Origin: an uncultured Candidatus Saccharibacteria bacterium
GTDB lineage: Bacteria > Patescibacteriota > Minisyncoccia > Phycocordibacterales > UBA918
Assembly (NCBI GenBank): GCA_964350645.1
Contig: CAYGJY010000002.1
Coordinates: 340,936 to 404,935 of the forward strand
DNA length: 64,000 bases
Direction of reading: 5' to 3'
Shown here: positions 44,831 to 55,060 of the stretch, in pieces
Numbering within the stretch: position 1 is the stretch's first letter
How the letters are laid out: each line of letters opens with the position of its first letter
Program-made: the position numbers and the translations under genes
Notes under the pieces: generated by a model
What the model was told of the DNA's origin: nothing
Seen by the model: only the letters and a program-made list of their open reading frames with translations
Database searches by the model: none

Positions 44831-45835
44831 ATGAAAGCTTTTTTACTGGGATTGGTCTGTTTGACGCTGTGTAGTTTTGTTGGGCCTGAATTAGCGCAGG
44901 CTCAATTGGTGGCTGAGCCATGTACGCCAGGTATTGATGATTGCCCTAGTACGAACCGTGAAGCTGCTCGGTATGGTACTTGCGAGTTTGTCGAAACGAT
45001 TCAGAACGTTTTTAACTTTGTCATCCAGATTTCTTCAATTCTAGTGGTTTTTATGCTCGCCTTCTATGGACTTTGGTTGGTGGTGTCTGGAGGTAATACA
45101 ACAGTCCGAGATAAGTTAAAAGAGTACCTTGTGAATGTCGTAGTCGGTCTACTCCTGATTATAGCTGCATATGCGATTGTAAACACTATTATCACAATCT
45201 TGGTTGCTGATGAAAAAGTTAAAACTAGCTGGGGTCAAATTGAGTGTATTTATCCAACTGCAGCGGTAGAAATTGAATTATATAGAGGCAGACCAACAGC
45301 GGTACCGGGAGTAACAGAAGGGGCTCTTTCTTCGGCAGCAGTCGAAGCTGGTGTTGTGGGAGTAGAACCATACCGGGAAGCAATTTGTGCTCGAGCTGCT
45401 GCTCGAGGTATCGGCTCTGAGTGTACTAAGATATTGGCACTTATGTCGGTTGAGTCCGCGGGACGACCATCGGTTGAAAGTCCGGCGGGAGCGGTTGGTT
45501 TAATGCAAATCATGCCAGCAACAGCCAAGACTTTGGATCCAGCTTTGTCTGGATTATCAGATACCGAAATTAAAAACCGCCTGAAAGATCCGAACTACAA
45601 CCTTGACTTAGGGATAAAATTTTATGCCCAGTTGAAAGAAGAGTTTGGTGAAGATCGCTTGGTGTGGGCGGCATACAACGGTGGACGAGGAGCTAATGGT
45701 GATAGTCGAGATTGTCCAGGTCTTCGCCGTTGGGAGTGTGAGTGGGATAATCCGGCCAAGACTATTCCCAATACTGGTTATAAAGAAACCCGCAACTATG
45801 TACCGAACATTATGAGGGCGCTCGAGAGGTTATAA
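44831..45835 (+). CDS. T4SS-pilin-like N-terminal module fused to lytic transglycosylase (SLT, VirB1-like) domain
   Basis: N-terminus: signal peptide, Cys pair (CTPGIDDCPS), two-helix pilin-like module (…FYGLWLVVSGGNTTVRDKLKEYLVNVVVGLLLIIAAYAIV…). C-terminus: …LMSVESAGRP…GAVGLMQIMP…AAYNGG (SLT catalytic Glu, GLMQ, AYNGG). ATG at 44831 (the track start 44819 is a TTG). Confidence 0.65.
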   Translation: MKAFLLGLVCLTLCSFVGPELAQAQLVAEPCTPGIDDCPSTNREAARYGTCEFVETIQNVFNFVIQISSILVVFMLAFYGLWLVVSGGNTTVRDKLKEYLVNVVVGLLLIIAAYAIVNTIITILVADEKVKTSWGQIECIYPTAAVEIELYRGRPTAVPGVTEGALSSAAVEAGVVGVEPYREAICARAAARGIGSECTKILALMSVESAGRPSVESPAGAVGLMQIMPATAKTLDPALSGLSDTEIKNRLKDPNYNLDLGIKFYAQLKEEFGEDRLVWAAYNGGRGANGDSRDCPGLRRWECEWDNPAKTIPNTGYKETRNYVPNIMRALERL

Positions 45836-45842
45836 TATCTGT

Positions 45843-46745
45843 ATGAATATGAGTACGTTATTTCGAGGTTTGCTAGTCGTGTTGATTACCACAGTGTTTG
45901 TTACTCCGTCACTCGTGTGGGGAGCTGAAGGGTTGGTTACCTGCGATGGCGTAGCGTCTAAAGGGGTTGAGTGTAATTTCTGTACCTTGGCACAAATGGT
46001 TGAGAAGGTGATTGACTTCATTGTGATAATCCTAGTGCTGATATCGGTGATTATGTTGGCTGTTACGGGTATTCAGATGGCTTATACAGCGGCCGGCAAC
46101 GGTAACGCTCTTGAGGTTCTCAAAGAGCGCATGACTAATATTGTGATTGGATTTTTCCTAATTTTAGCGGCTTGGACATTGGTGGATACGCTAGTAAAAG
46201 TATTGGTGGCAAATACTAGCGATAATGAAGTGGTACTTAGCTGGCGTACATTTGGTATGAGTGCAAGTGACTTGTGTGGCAAAACATTAAAGCCGGTAGA
46301 AGAAGTATTGTACTCAGCTGATTATGAAGCTTCTCTGACACCAGAAGCAGCAGCTGCTGCAGCTGAGGTTTATCCTGCAGGAGTATCGATTGTTCCGGAT
46401 TTAGAGAGTTTGGCGAGTTTACGTGAGGCAGGAGTTGTCGTGGCAGATTGGCATGGTATTGATGGGCCCGGCCGCACAGATAAAGCCCATCCTTCAGTGG
46501 TGAGCGCTGCAGTTAGGATGAATGAGGCGGCGATTGCTGAGTTTGGTAAACCAATATTTCAGATCACGGCCGCCACGACTGATGGAGTAGGGCATAGTGC
46601 AAATAGTCAACATTATAAGGGAACAGCTATTGATTTAGATCCAATCAACGGAGCGACTACAGCTCAGGTAAAGGCTTTGGCTAAGAGTGCTGGTTGTACA
46701 TTTATCCTAGACCATGGTTCTCACGTTCATTGTGATTTTAGGTAG
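45843..46745 (+). CDS. T4SS-pilin-like N-terminal module fused to LAS/M15-type zinc peptidase-like domain (putative peptidoglycan peptidase)
   Basis: N-terminus: signal peptide, Cys pair (CDG…CNFC), two-helix module (…MAYTAAGNGNALEVLKERMTNIVIGFFLILAAWTLV…). C-terminus: …GVGHSANSQHYKGTAIDLD…DHGSHVHCDF (H-x6-D … H-x-H, the LAS metallopeptidase pattern). Confidence 0.6.
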   Translation: MNMSTLFRGLLVVLITTVFVTPSLVWGAEGLVTCDGVASKGVECNFCTLAQMVEKVIDFIVIILVLISVIMLAVTGIQMAYTAAGNGNALEVLKERMTNIVIGFFLILAAWTLVDTLVKVLVANTSDNEVVLSWRTFGMSASDLCGKTLKPVEEVLYSADYEASLTPEAAAAAAEVYPAGVSIVPDLESLASLREAGVVVADWHGIDGPGRTDKAHPSVVSAAVRMNEAAIAEFGKPIFQITAATTDGVGHSANSQHYKGTAIDLDPINGATTAQVKALAKSAGCTFILDHGSHVHCDFR

Positions 46746-46981
46746 GGTTTTGCGACAGACATAAAAAGAGATTTTGGGTAAAATAATACCTAGCTAAAGC
46801 TGGATGTTTCCTAAAGTTATCTCCCGCAGCAGCCGCAGGTGCGACTTCGAGTTACTAATGATTGTTCGTCATACTTCCTCAAATCATAAGTACTCGTTGT
46901 CACGACTCAGCTATTGCTAAAGCAATATGCTTCCGTCTCCCGCTCGAGTACGAACCTGAAGCAGTTCAGGTTCTAAAAGAA

Positions 46982-47016
46982 AAGCACGATTCTTAAGAAT
47001 CGTGCTTTTCTTTTAC
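46982..47016. terminator. bidirectional hairpin terminator (aaagcacgattc-ttaa-gaatcgtgcttt) 3' of tRNA-Gly
   Basis: 12-bp perfect stem flanked by A-rich and T-rich runs. Confidence 0.45.
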
Positions 47017-47021
47017 TCGAG

Positions 47022-47092
47022 CGGGCCCACGTGGACTCGAACCACGGCCGCTGGTTTTGGAGACCAGAATTCTACCACTAAACTATAGGCCC
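47022..47092 (-). tRNA. tRNA-Gly (anticodon TCC)
   Basis: Minus-strand GGGCCTATAGTTTAGTGGTAGAATTCTGGTCTCCAAAACCAGCGGCCGTGGTTCGAGTCCACGTGGGCCCG. Confidence 0.85.
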
Positions 47093-47149
47093 TTACTTTT
47101 ATCCTCCTTCGCTTGGTGCGCTACATAGTAGGGGAAAGCATGAGTAAGG

Positions 47150-48043
47150 TCAACTAAGAAAATTGCTCACGTTGGATTCTAGTGCTCTCATGTCTGTTTG
47201 GTCAACCCACACAATACTGTCGTCACGTTTTAACCAGGTGAGCTGTCGTTTAGCGTATTGCCAGTTTTTTTCTACCAGCTTTACTCTCAGGGTATTCTCA
47301 TCAATTTCTCCCGCGAGGTATTCCATGACTAATCGATATTCTAGACCAATTTCTGATAACCGTTCGGGATCGAGACCGGCAGCTAAGACCTTTTCTGTCT
47401 CTGCAATTAATCCACGTTCCAAGGCACTGTTCGCACGAACTTTAAGGCGTTCTCGTAGTTCGGTGCGGTCAGTACTAATGCCGATCATGTATGTGTCATA
47501 AGGGGATTCAACAGTTACTGGCTTAGGAACCTTCCCAATTGATTTAATTATTTCAAGAGCCCGCACGAGACGACGTTTGTTATTAGGGTCAATGTGGAAA
47601 GCCCGGTCTGGATCAAGTCGTTCTAAACTAGCAAACAGTGTTTCGTTACTCATTTCTTCGAGGTGAGCGCGTAGAGTTGGATCAGGCGGAACCTCAGGAG
47701 TGCTGATGCGACCAAGGAGGGCATCGATATAAAAAAAGGTCCCGCCAGCAATAATTGGTAGCTTGCCACGAGCAGTAATATCTTCAATCGCTTTAGCAGC
47801 ATCAGTTTTAAAGTCAGCTACCGAATAAACGGTCTCAGGTGGGACAATGTCGATGAGGTGATGGGGTATGCCAGCCATTTCCTCAGTCGAAACTTTTTCG
47901 GTACCAATATCAAGGCCAGTATAGACTTGCCGTGAATCAGCAGAAATAACCTCTCCGTTATATTGTTGTGCAAGCTTGATTGCTAAACCAGTTTTTCCAG
48001 CTGCAGTTGGTCCAACCACTACAATGAGTTTGGTTTTATCCAT
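47150..48043 (-). CDS. miaA: tRNA dimethylallyltransferase
   Basis: P-loop VVVGPTAAGKTGLAIKLA, …ISADSRQVYTGLDIGTEK…. 297 aa. Confidence 0.85.
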   Translation of the reverse strand: MDKTKLIVVVGPTAAGKTGLAIKLAQQYNGEVISADSRQVYTGLDIGTEKVSTEEMAGIPHHLIDIVPPETVYSVADFKTDAAKAIEDITARGKLPIIAGGTFFYIDALLGRISTPEVPPDPTLRAHLEEMSNETLFASLERLDPDRAFHIDPNNKRRLVRALEIIKSIGKVPKPVTVESPYDTYMIGISTDRTELRERLKVRANSALERGLIAETEKVLAAGLDPERLSEIGLEYRLVMEYLAGEIDENTLRVKLVEKNWQYAKRQLTWLKRDDSIVWVDQTDMRALESNVSNFLS

Positions 48044-48047
48044 GATG

Positions 48048-48129
48048 TGCCGCGAGAGGGGGTCGAACCCTCATGCCGTAAAGCATACGATTTTGAGTCG
48101 TACGTGTATACCAATTCCACCATCGCGGC
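48048..48129 (-). tRNA. tRNA-Leu (anticodon CAA), type II
   Basis: Minus-strand GCCGCGATGGTGGAATTGGTATACACGTACGACTCAAAATCGTATGCTTTACGGCATGAGGGTTCGACCCCCTCTCGCGGCA. 5 nt upstream of the miaA start. Confidence 0.85.
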
Positions 48130-48245
48130 AAGTCGTGTGAGTGTACCAGAAATTCTGAAAGTTATAAACACTGTCTCGAGGTCAGCTATGCTAAAATGTC
48201 CTGAACGAGCACCGCTTTGGGAATAAACGCTCGGAGGTACGCATT

Positions 48246-49343
48246 ATGGCATTTCAAAATGACTCGATTTTTTGGGTTGAAGTAGAAAAAGTAGTCCCCA
48301 ACCCGTTTCAACCACGGCGTGAGTTTGATGAAGGAAAATTGAAAGAGTTGGCTGAATCGGTACGCATGTACGGTATCTTGCAGCCTCTCACCGTCACCCG
48401 ACGTGAGATCCAGCGCGATGACGGGGCATTTTATTCTGAGTATGAACTCATTGCTGGAGAACGGCGATTACGGGCCAGTCGTCTGGCTGGCTTAGCACAA
48501 GTTCCAGTCATCATTCGTGAGGGTAAAAATAACGAACAAGAAAAACTTGAATTGGCAATTATTGAAAACCTGCAACGTGAGGACTTAAATGCAGTTGATC
48601 GGGCACTAGCCTTTCGCCAGTTAGCAGATGTGTTTGAGCTGTCGCACGCCCAGGTTGCCAAGAAGGTTGGTCGTAGTCGTGAATATGTAAGTAATACACT
48701 CCGGCTGCTGTTGTTACCTGAATGTATGTTGGATGGCTTAAAAGTGGGCGATATTTCTGAAGGACATGCTCGTACGTTACTGATGCTGAATGATCGTCCT
48801 GAAGAACAGGATACAGTGTTTCGAGAGATTCTCTTAAAGAAATTGTCGGTTCGTGAAGTTGAGCGCATTGCCCGCAAGATTGCACACGACAAGGTACGCA
48901 AAAAGAGCTGGCATGATACTGACCCAGGATTGATTGAGATTGAAAAGCAATTTACCGAGTCACTCGGTACTCGAGTGCAGATCGCAAAAACTGACTATGG
49001 CGGAAAAATTTCGATTGATTATTTTTCAGAAGATGATTTGCAGGTACTGTTAACTCGATTGCGCGCTGAACAAGGAGTGGCCTCAGCTGCAGGTGCTGTA
49101 GCAGCAATTTCTTCAGAAATGGAAGCCTCTGGCTCAGAAGAAACTGAAGTGCTTAATAAACTAAATGAGCACACACCACTAGAAATAGCAGAAGAACAGT
49201 CTGCACCGGTTACACCATCTGAAACTACAGATGACTCAGCTGGGGAACCAGCAAGTGCAGAAGTAGTACCAGAAAAACCACCAGTCGCAACTCCAGAGCC
49301 AGACGATAGTGAGCTATACGGTATTAAGAATTTTAGTCTTTAA
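48246..49343 (+). CDS. parB: chromosome partitioning protein ParB/Spo0J with Ala/Glu/Pro-rich C-terminal tail
   Basis: ParB box …GILQPLTVTR…YELIAGERRLRASRLAG…, HTH, then a low-complexity tail. Confidence 0.85.
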   Translation: MAFQNDSIFWVEVEKVVPNPFQPRREFDEGKLKELAESVRMYGILQPLTVTRREIQRDDGAFYSEYELIAGERRLRASRLAGLAQVPVIIREGKNNEQEKLELAIIENLQREDLNAVDRALAFRQLADVFELSHAQVAKKVGRSREYVSNTLRLLLLPECMLDGLKVGDISEGHARTLLMLNDRPEEQDTVFREILLKKLSVREVERIARKIAHDKVRKKSWHDTDPGLIEIEKQFTESLGTRVQIAKTDYGGKISIDYFSEDDLQVLLTRLRAEQGVASAAGAVAAISSEMEASGSEETEVLNKLNEHTPLEIAEEQSAPVTPSETTDDSAGEPASAEVVPEKPPVATPEPDDSELYGIKNFSL

Positions 49344-50884
49344 AATTGCTGCTCCTCAAGCAAAGCGTTTTTGATGCGACGTCGAGCAAGTGATGTTTTT
49401 GCCATGTCGAGCCACTTTTGAGTCGGCTTGGCGTTTTTGCGAGTTTCAATTTCAACAATGTCACCATTACGTAGTTCGGTGTCGAGGCCGACAAGTTTCT
49501 TATTCACTTTAGCACCAGCAGTGCGGTCACCAACTTCAGAGTGGATTGCGTAGGCAAAATCAATCGGCGTTGCGCCAACGGGTAAATCGACTACATCACC
49601 CTGGGGAGTAAAGACGAAAATACGATTAGTGAAAAAGTCCTTGCGCATATCGTCGACAAATTCCTTGCCCGAGCTTTTTTCTGAGGTGTACATCTCACCA
49701 ATTTGACTAATCCATCTCGGGATTTTTTCCTGGTGAGGGACATCTTTAGTGATCGTGCTAGACAGGTCAGCACTTTCTCGCCAAGCAAAAGGACGAAAGA
49801 GTGAAGGGACTAAGTTGCTAAAAAGTGAGTAGGTTTGTTTGGTTTTACCGGCATCGGTGAGCTTGTAGATAATATGGGAAGCAACACCATACTCAGACTC
49901 ATGGTGCATTTTTTGGGTGCGGATTTGAATCTCTAAAATGATACCGCTTTGGGTAGCGACTGTTGTATGGATTGATTGGTACCCGTTTGGTTTTGGGAAA
50001 GAAATATAGTCTTTAATTCTCTTGGGTAGGGGACGCCATTTTTCGTGAATGACCCCGAGGGCTTTGTAGCAGTCTTCGACGTTTTCAACGACTACCCGAA
50101 TAGCGAGCAAGTCATAAATTTTATCGATATCCCATTCCTTGCGCTTGAGTTTCTGGAAGAGGCTATACATTCCCTTAACGCGGTAGAAGGTGTTGAAGTT
50201 ACGCATACCGTTTTCAGCCAGTTGTTTCTGAAGAGATTTTCGTTCACGCTCTAGAATTTCATCTGTGTTGCTAACCTTTTGTTTAACTAGTCGAGTGACG
50301 CGGGTGAATTCTTCTGGATATACATAAGGAAAGGCTAAGTCCTCAAGCTCCTTACGCAGTCGCCCAATCCCAAGTCGATGAGCTACTGGAACATAAATTT
50401 CGAGTGTCTCACGAGCAATGCGTACTTGTTTTTCCTTCGGTACATGATGTAGGGTTTGCATGTTGTGCAAACGGTCAATCAATTTAATGATCAGTACTCG
50501 AATGTCTTGACTAGTAGCGACGAAGAGTTTGCGAAGACTTTCATTGTGACGATCGCTACCGTAATAGCGGACTGAGCTCAGCTTGGTTACTCCCTCAACC
50601 AGAAATAAAATTTCATCGCCAAATTCTTTTTGCAAAGCTTCACCGGTAATCTCGGTGTCTTCAATGGTGTCGTGCAATAAACCAGCAGCAACAGTTCGTG
50701 GCCCCATACCCATTTGAGCGAGTCGAAGGCCAGTAGCAGCTAGGTGCTGCATATACGGGTCTCCAGAGTAGCGAGTGTGGCCTTGGTGAGCTTCCTCAGC
50801 GTACACGTACGCTCGGTTAATCAAGGCTTTATCAGCCTCGGTGGCGTTATTCATTTCACGTAGAATATCAGCGACAGTTAACAT
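49340..50884 (-). CDS. rel: bifunctional (p)ppGpp synthetase/hydrolase, short RSH (HD + synthetase + TGS, no ACT)
   Basis: HD motif LLHDTIEDT, synthetase core (…DLLAIRVVV…), TGS (…VFTPQGDVVDLPVGATPIDFAYAIHSEVG…). 514 aa. Confidence 0.85.
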   Translation of the reverse strand: MLTVADILREMNNATEADKALINRAYVYAEEAHQGHTRYSGDPYMQHLAATGLRLAQMGMGPRTVAAGLLHDTIEDTEITGEALQKEFGDEILFLVEGVTKLSSVRYYGSDRHNESLRKLFVATSQDIRVLIIKLIDRLHNMQTLHHVPKEKQVRIARETLEIYVPVAHRLGIGRLRKELEDLAFPYVYPEEFTRVTRLVKQKVSNTDEILERERKSLQKQLAENGMRNFNTFYRVKGMYSLFQKLKRKEWDIDKIYDLLAIRVVVENVEDCYKALGVIHEKWRPLPKRIKDYISFPKPNGYQSIHTTVATQSGIILEIQIRTQKMHHESEYGVASHIIYKLTDAGKTKQTYSLFSNLVPSLFRPFAWRESADLSSTITKDVPHQEKIPRWISQIGEMYTSEKSSGKEFVDDMRKDFFTNRIFVFTPQGDVVDLPVGATPIDFAYAIHSEVGDRTAGAKVNKKLVGLDTELRNGDIVEIETRKNAKPTQKWLDMAKTSLARRRIKNALLEEQQF

Positions 50885-50972
50885 TGATTCATTCTAGAGA
50901 GGAAGTGGGGAGTTGGCAAGGAAACAGGGGCGGGAATCTGAAAGATTCCCGCCCCTGTTTCCATCAAGCGTA

Positions 50973-53324
50973 TTATTGCTTTAACAACTCAACTGCGTCT
51001 TCGATTGTAAACGTATCCATTTTGACACTGTCAGGAATATTGATTCGTTTAAAACCTTTACGGAGATACTTGCCAGATTTAGATTCATACACATTGACCA
51101 TCTTGCGGGTTTTGGGATGGATGCCAAGTTCCTTTACTAGGCTTTCACCTTTACGCATTTTCTTTGGTTCTTTAAAGATTTTGAGGGCACGATCAAACGT
51201 AATAGTGTATGGGTCGTCCGGGGTTTTGAGTGAACGAAAATCCCCGGCATGTCCAATGTATGGTCCATATTGGCCGCTATTGGCGATAACCATTTCACCA
51301 GTGTCGGGATGTTCACCAAGATCGCGTGGGAGGATCAAGAGCTTCACAGCAGTATCGAGCGTGACATCTTCTGGCTTGATTTCTTTGGGAATACTGGCTC
51401 GACGCGGAGCCTCAGCTTTCTTACCTTTGACTTTCTCTGGTGTGGCTCCGAGTTGCACGTATGGACCAAAGCGACCGTTGAGGACAAAGATCGGATCACC
51501 GCTTTCAGGGTGCATACCGATTGGTTCATCATCTTTAATTTCGCTACCATCGATCATACGCGCGCCATCACAATCCGGGAAGCGATCGCAAGAGAGGAAG
51601 GTACCGTTGCGTCCGAGTTTACGAACCATCCCCGACTTACATTCAGGGCAAGGGAATTCTTTTGGACCGGGACCCAGGTTGGTGAGTTTTTCTATATCTT
51701 CCTTGGCTTCGACTGCTTTATGAAATGGGGTATAGAAGTCCTTCAGTGTCTTGGCATATTCTCGGTCACCGTTGGCGATGTCGTCGAGTTGATTTTCCAT
51801 GTCACTAGTGAAATCGTCATCGATATATTCAAGGAAATGTTTTTCGAGGAAAGACGATACCACGTCGCCCGTGTCGGTTGGAATAAGAGTTCGGCCTTCT
51901 TTAAGCACATATCCGCGATCAATGATCGTCTTCATAATACTGGCGTAGGTAGATGGTCGACCGATGCCACGTTTTTCAAGTTCTTTAATCAGGCCAGCTT
52001 CTGAATAGCGGTTTGGTGGTTGTGTTTGTTTGGCTTCGATTTCCAGCTCACGTACTTTAACCGCTTCGCCAGCAGCAATCTTGGGTACTTCGGTGTCTTC
52101 ACCACGGGCTGCCGGATCTGCCGCGAGCCAGCCCGGGAAGGTGACCCTGGAACCATTAACTGCAAAGTCAGGAATGATTTCCTTAGCGTCGGTTACGTTA
52201 ATTAACACCTTGGTGCGCTTCATCTGTGCATCGGTCATCTGTGAAGCCATAGCTCGGGCCCAGATGAGCTCATAGAGGGCCTTTTGGTCACCAGTCAGAC
52301 CAGCTTGGGTTTTATTAAAATCAGTGGGACGAACAGCCTCGTGAGCCTCTTGAGCTGATTTACTTTTAGCACTGAACTTTCGTGGACTTAAGTACTCTTT
52401 CCCAAATTTCTTTGTGACCACGGCGTAGATTTGCTTGAGGGCAATTTCACTCATGGTGGTGCTGTCGGTACGCATGTAGGTGATATGTCCTGACTCGTAG
52501 AGTTTTTGAGCTGCACCCATGGTGCGACTTGGAGCAAAGCCGAGACGAGTCGAGGCTGCTTGCTGCATGGTTGAGGTGGTAAAAGGTGGACGTGGCGAAC
52601 GCTTCGCTTCGGTTTCTTTTACACTCGTAACAGTCCAGGTATTTTTTTCACCAACCCTCTTAATCCGCTCAGCTTCTTTTTCTTCACCTGGCTCTTCAAC
52701 ACAGGTAAATGGTACGGGTAGTTTTTCGATAGTGCTGTGAGCAGTGAGGACAAAGTAGTCGTCAGGAATAAATGCCCTGATCTCACGTTCGCGTTCCATG
52801 ATAATTCGGAGCGCCGGTGATTGCACTCGTCCGGCTGAAAGGCCGTAGCGAACTTTTTTCCAGATCAAGCCAGAGAGGTCATAACCTACGAGACGATCAA
52901 GTACTCGTCTTGCTTCTTGCGCCTCTTTAAGATTGATATTGATCTTTCGAGGCTTTTCAATGGCGGCTTTGACAGCTGGCTCCGTAATTTCGTTGAAAAC
53001 GATTCGCTTCTGGTTTTTGTTGACGTCTTTAAGGAGTTCAGCGACATGCCAGGCGATTGCTTCACCTTCGCGGTCGGGGTCAGATGCAAGGAGGACCTCA
53101 TCAGCTTTTTTGGCAGCAATGCGCAAATCTTCAATCACTTTTTCTTTGCCTGGAGAGACAATATACCGAGGAATAAAGCCACCATCGACATCGACAGCGT
53201 CTTTGTTTGTTTTCGGCAGGTCACGTACGTGACCAACTGATGATTTCACGGTGTAGCCTTTACCAAGGTATTTTTCAATGGTCTTAGCTTTGGCGGGGCT
53301 TTCTACAATTACAAGGGTATTCAT
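50973..53324 (-). CDS. topA: DNA topoisomerase I
   Basis: Toprim N-terminus MNTLVIVESPAKAKTIEKYLG…, active-site Tyr region, C-terminal Cys4 zinc ribbons. ATG at 53324 preferred over the track GTG at 53342. Confidence 0.9.
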   Translation of the reverse strand: MNTLVIVESPAKAKTIEKYLGKGYTVKSSVGHVRDLPKTNKDAVDVDGGFIPRYIVSPGKEKVIEDLRIAAKKADEVLLASDPDREGEAIAWHVAELLKDVNKNQKRIVFNEITEPAVKAAIEKPRKININLKEAQEARRVLDRLVGYDLSGLIWKKVRYGLSAGRVQSPALRIIMEREREIRAFIPDDYFVLTAHSTIEKLPVPFTCVEEPGEEKEAERIKRVGEKNTWTVTSVKETEAKRSPRPPFTTSTMQQAASTRLGFAPSRTMGAAQKLYESGHITYMRTDSTTMSEIALKQIYAVVTKKFGKEYLSPRKFSAKSKSAQEAHEAVRPTDFNKTQAGLTGDQKALYELIWARAMASQMTDAQMKRTKVLINVTDAKEIIPDFAVNGSRVTFPGWLAADPAARGEDTEVPKIAAGEAVKVRELEIEAKQTQPPNRYSEAGLIKELEKRGIGRPSTYASIMKTIIDRGYVLKEGRTLIPTDTGDVVSSFLEKHFLEYIDDDFTSDMENQLDDIANGDREYAKTLKDFYTPFHKAVEAKEDIEKLTNLGPGPKEFPCPECKSGMVRKLGRNGTFLSCDRFPDCDGARMIDGSEIKDDEPIGMHPESGDPIFVLNGRFGPYVQLGATPEKVKGKKAEAPRRASIPKEIKPEDVTLDTAVKLLILPRDLGEHPDTGEMVIANSGQYGPYIGHAGDFRSLKTPDDPYTITFDRALKIFKEPKKMRKGESLVKELGIHPKTRKMVNVYESKSGKYLRKGFKRINIPDSVKMDTFTIEDAVELLKQ

Positions 53325-53371
53325 ATATATGTTACCCCACACAAATACTAGGTTTCGACGCCTGTGTCAAA

Positions 53372-54241
53372 TCACAGCTTTCGGCGGTAGATATTTTGGT
53401 CGGCTGCAATAAGGTCATTCATTTCCATTTGCATGAGGAGAATATTGGCTTCCGGCGCCGATACTCCCGACGCACGAATGAGGCTGTCGCGGTCGGTCGG
53501 TTCGTGGAGAGCGGCGAGAATGTTTTGCTCCGGGAGGGAGAGGTTTGAGGGCAGCGCGGCCTCTGGCCGCGCTGCCGCTTCAGCTTCTATTCCTAACACT
53601 TCAAGAATATCTGCAGCGGTAGTGACTGGTGTGGCACCAAGCTTAAGAAACTGATGTGTACCTGCGGAGTTCGCTGAAAAAATACTACCAGGGACGACCA
53701 GAACGTCGCGGTTGTAATCGGTTGCAAGACGGGCAGTGATCAGGGTACCGGATTGTTCACCAGCTTCAATGAGTAAGGTGGCTGGGCAGAGACCACAGAC
53801 GATGCGGTTGCGCGCCGGGAAGGTCCACTGTGCTGCTTTTTGTAGGGGACCAAACTCTGAAAGAAGACCGCCTCCAGCGTCGAGAATTTGGGCAGCCAGG
53901 CGTCTGTGATTGGCGGGATAGAGGACACTGTCGTCGAGGCCACCACCTGGTACGGCGAGTGTATAAAGCTGGTTGCTAAGCGCCGCTTCATGGGCCAGTG
54001 AGTCAATTCCGAGCGCCATCCCTGAGACGATTCCGATTGGATAACCACGCAAGCCATTGATCAAATGTGCGACTACTTGCTTGCCATAGCTGGTGTATTT
54101 GCGCGAGCCAACTACCGCTAGAAGTTTTAGTTCAGGATCAGGTAATCTGCCACGATAATTAAGTTGCTTGGGCGGCTGGGGAATTTCCCGCAACAGCGGA
54201 GGAAATTCCCCAGCCGACAGATCTTGAATCGGAAAAGACAT
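53372..54241 (-). CDS. dprA: DNA processing protein DprA (Smf)
   Basis: Rossmann-like DprA core …VVGSRKYTSYGKQV…IVSGMALGIDSLAHEAAL…LAVPGGGLD…. Confidence 0.8.
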   Translation of the reverse strand: MSFPIQDLSAGEFPPLLREIPQPPKQLNYRGRLPDPELKLLAVVGSRKYTSYGKQVVAHLINGLRGYPIGIVSGMALGIDSLAHEAALSNQLYTLAVPGGGLDDSVLYPANHRRLAAQILDAGGGLLSEFGPLQKAAQWTFPARNRIVCGLCPATLLIEAGEQSGTLITARLATDYNRDVLVVPGSIFSANSAGTHQFLKLGATPVTTAADILEVLGIEAEAAARPEAALPSNLSLPEQNILAALHEPTDRDSLIRASGVSAPEANILLMQMEMNDLIAADQNIYRRKL

Positions 54242-54319
54242 AGAAAAATTTTAGCATATGGACTTTTCTTTATTTATTTATATAGTACTTTGGAAAGTTC
54301 CAGAGAAAGGATAGGTTCC

Positions 54320-54811
54320 ATGACTGTATACACCGTCACAAGCAAGGGTGACCAATTTGAGCCTTTTGAGTTTGTCGGCTTGGAGACTTTGTCTCAGGTA
54401 CGTGAAAAATTCGGATCGGATTGCGAAGTCAGCTTAAAGAGATGTCCTGTTGATGAAGAGAAAATAGTCGAAGTTGGCACCCCTGAAGATTACTATACCG
54501 TCGGAGACATGATGATGGCGAGGGGAGAGCTCTTTTACGATGAACAGCACGCTCTTCGCTTGGCGAAACATGCCAGTAAATTCATCCGCTGTGCTCTTGC
54601 TGCAAACAGCGCCGTCTCACCAGCGGTTCGTGAAATCTTGAGAGAAGACGCTCATTCGGGAGTGATATCAGCGTTGTTGAGTAATATTTGTTTGTCGCGT
54701 GCGGATTATCGGCTAATCAAATCCAGGTGGCAGTCTATCAGGACTGTAGTAGCCGGAAACAATACTGTGCTGGCTGCTCTGGCCCGTTCCCGACATTATA
54801 AACCGTCGTAG
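54320..54811 (+). CDS. hypothetical protein
   Basis: ATG at 54320 preceded by gaaagga. The track ORF 54164 overlaps dprA and is N-extended. Confidence 0.5.
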   Translation: MTVYTVTSKGDQFEPFEFVGLETLSQVREKFGSDCEVSLKRCPVDEEKIVEVGTPEDYYTVGDMMMARGELFYDEQHALRLAKHASKFIRCALAANSAVSPAVREILREDAHSGVISALLSNICLSRADYRLIKSRWQSIRTVVAGNNTVLAALARSRHYKPS

Positions 54812-54976
54812 GAGGCGACGGCGATCGCGGATGTCCGCAAGGTGATCGTCGTTTCGCGTATCTTTACGGCGGTTTTCCTTTTGTGTAATTCATGTTACAT
54901 TCAATTTACACATGAATACTCTTTTCACATCATCCTCTTCTAGCTCGACGTGGTCGTAGGAGGTTTGTGATGATGA

Positions 54977-55017
54977 AAACAGCCGCAGCCTACGACGAGT
55001 AGGCTGCGGCTGTTTTC
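54977..55017. terminator. rho-independent terminator (aaaacagccgcagcctac-gacga-gtaggctgcggctgtttt)
   Basis: 18-bp perfect stem with A4/T4 flanks. Confidence 0.6.
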
Positions 55018-55060
55018 TTAAGACGAGTAGGTTATAATTTGCAACACTAAATATATAGAT

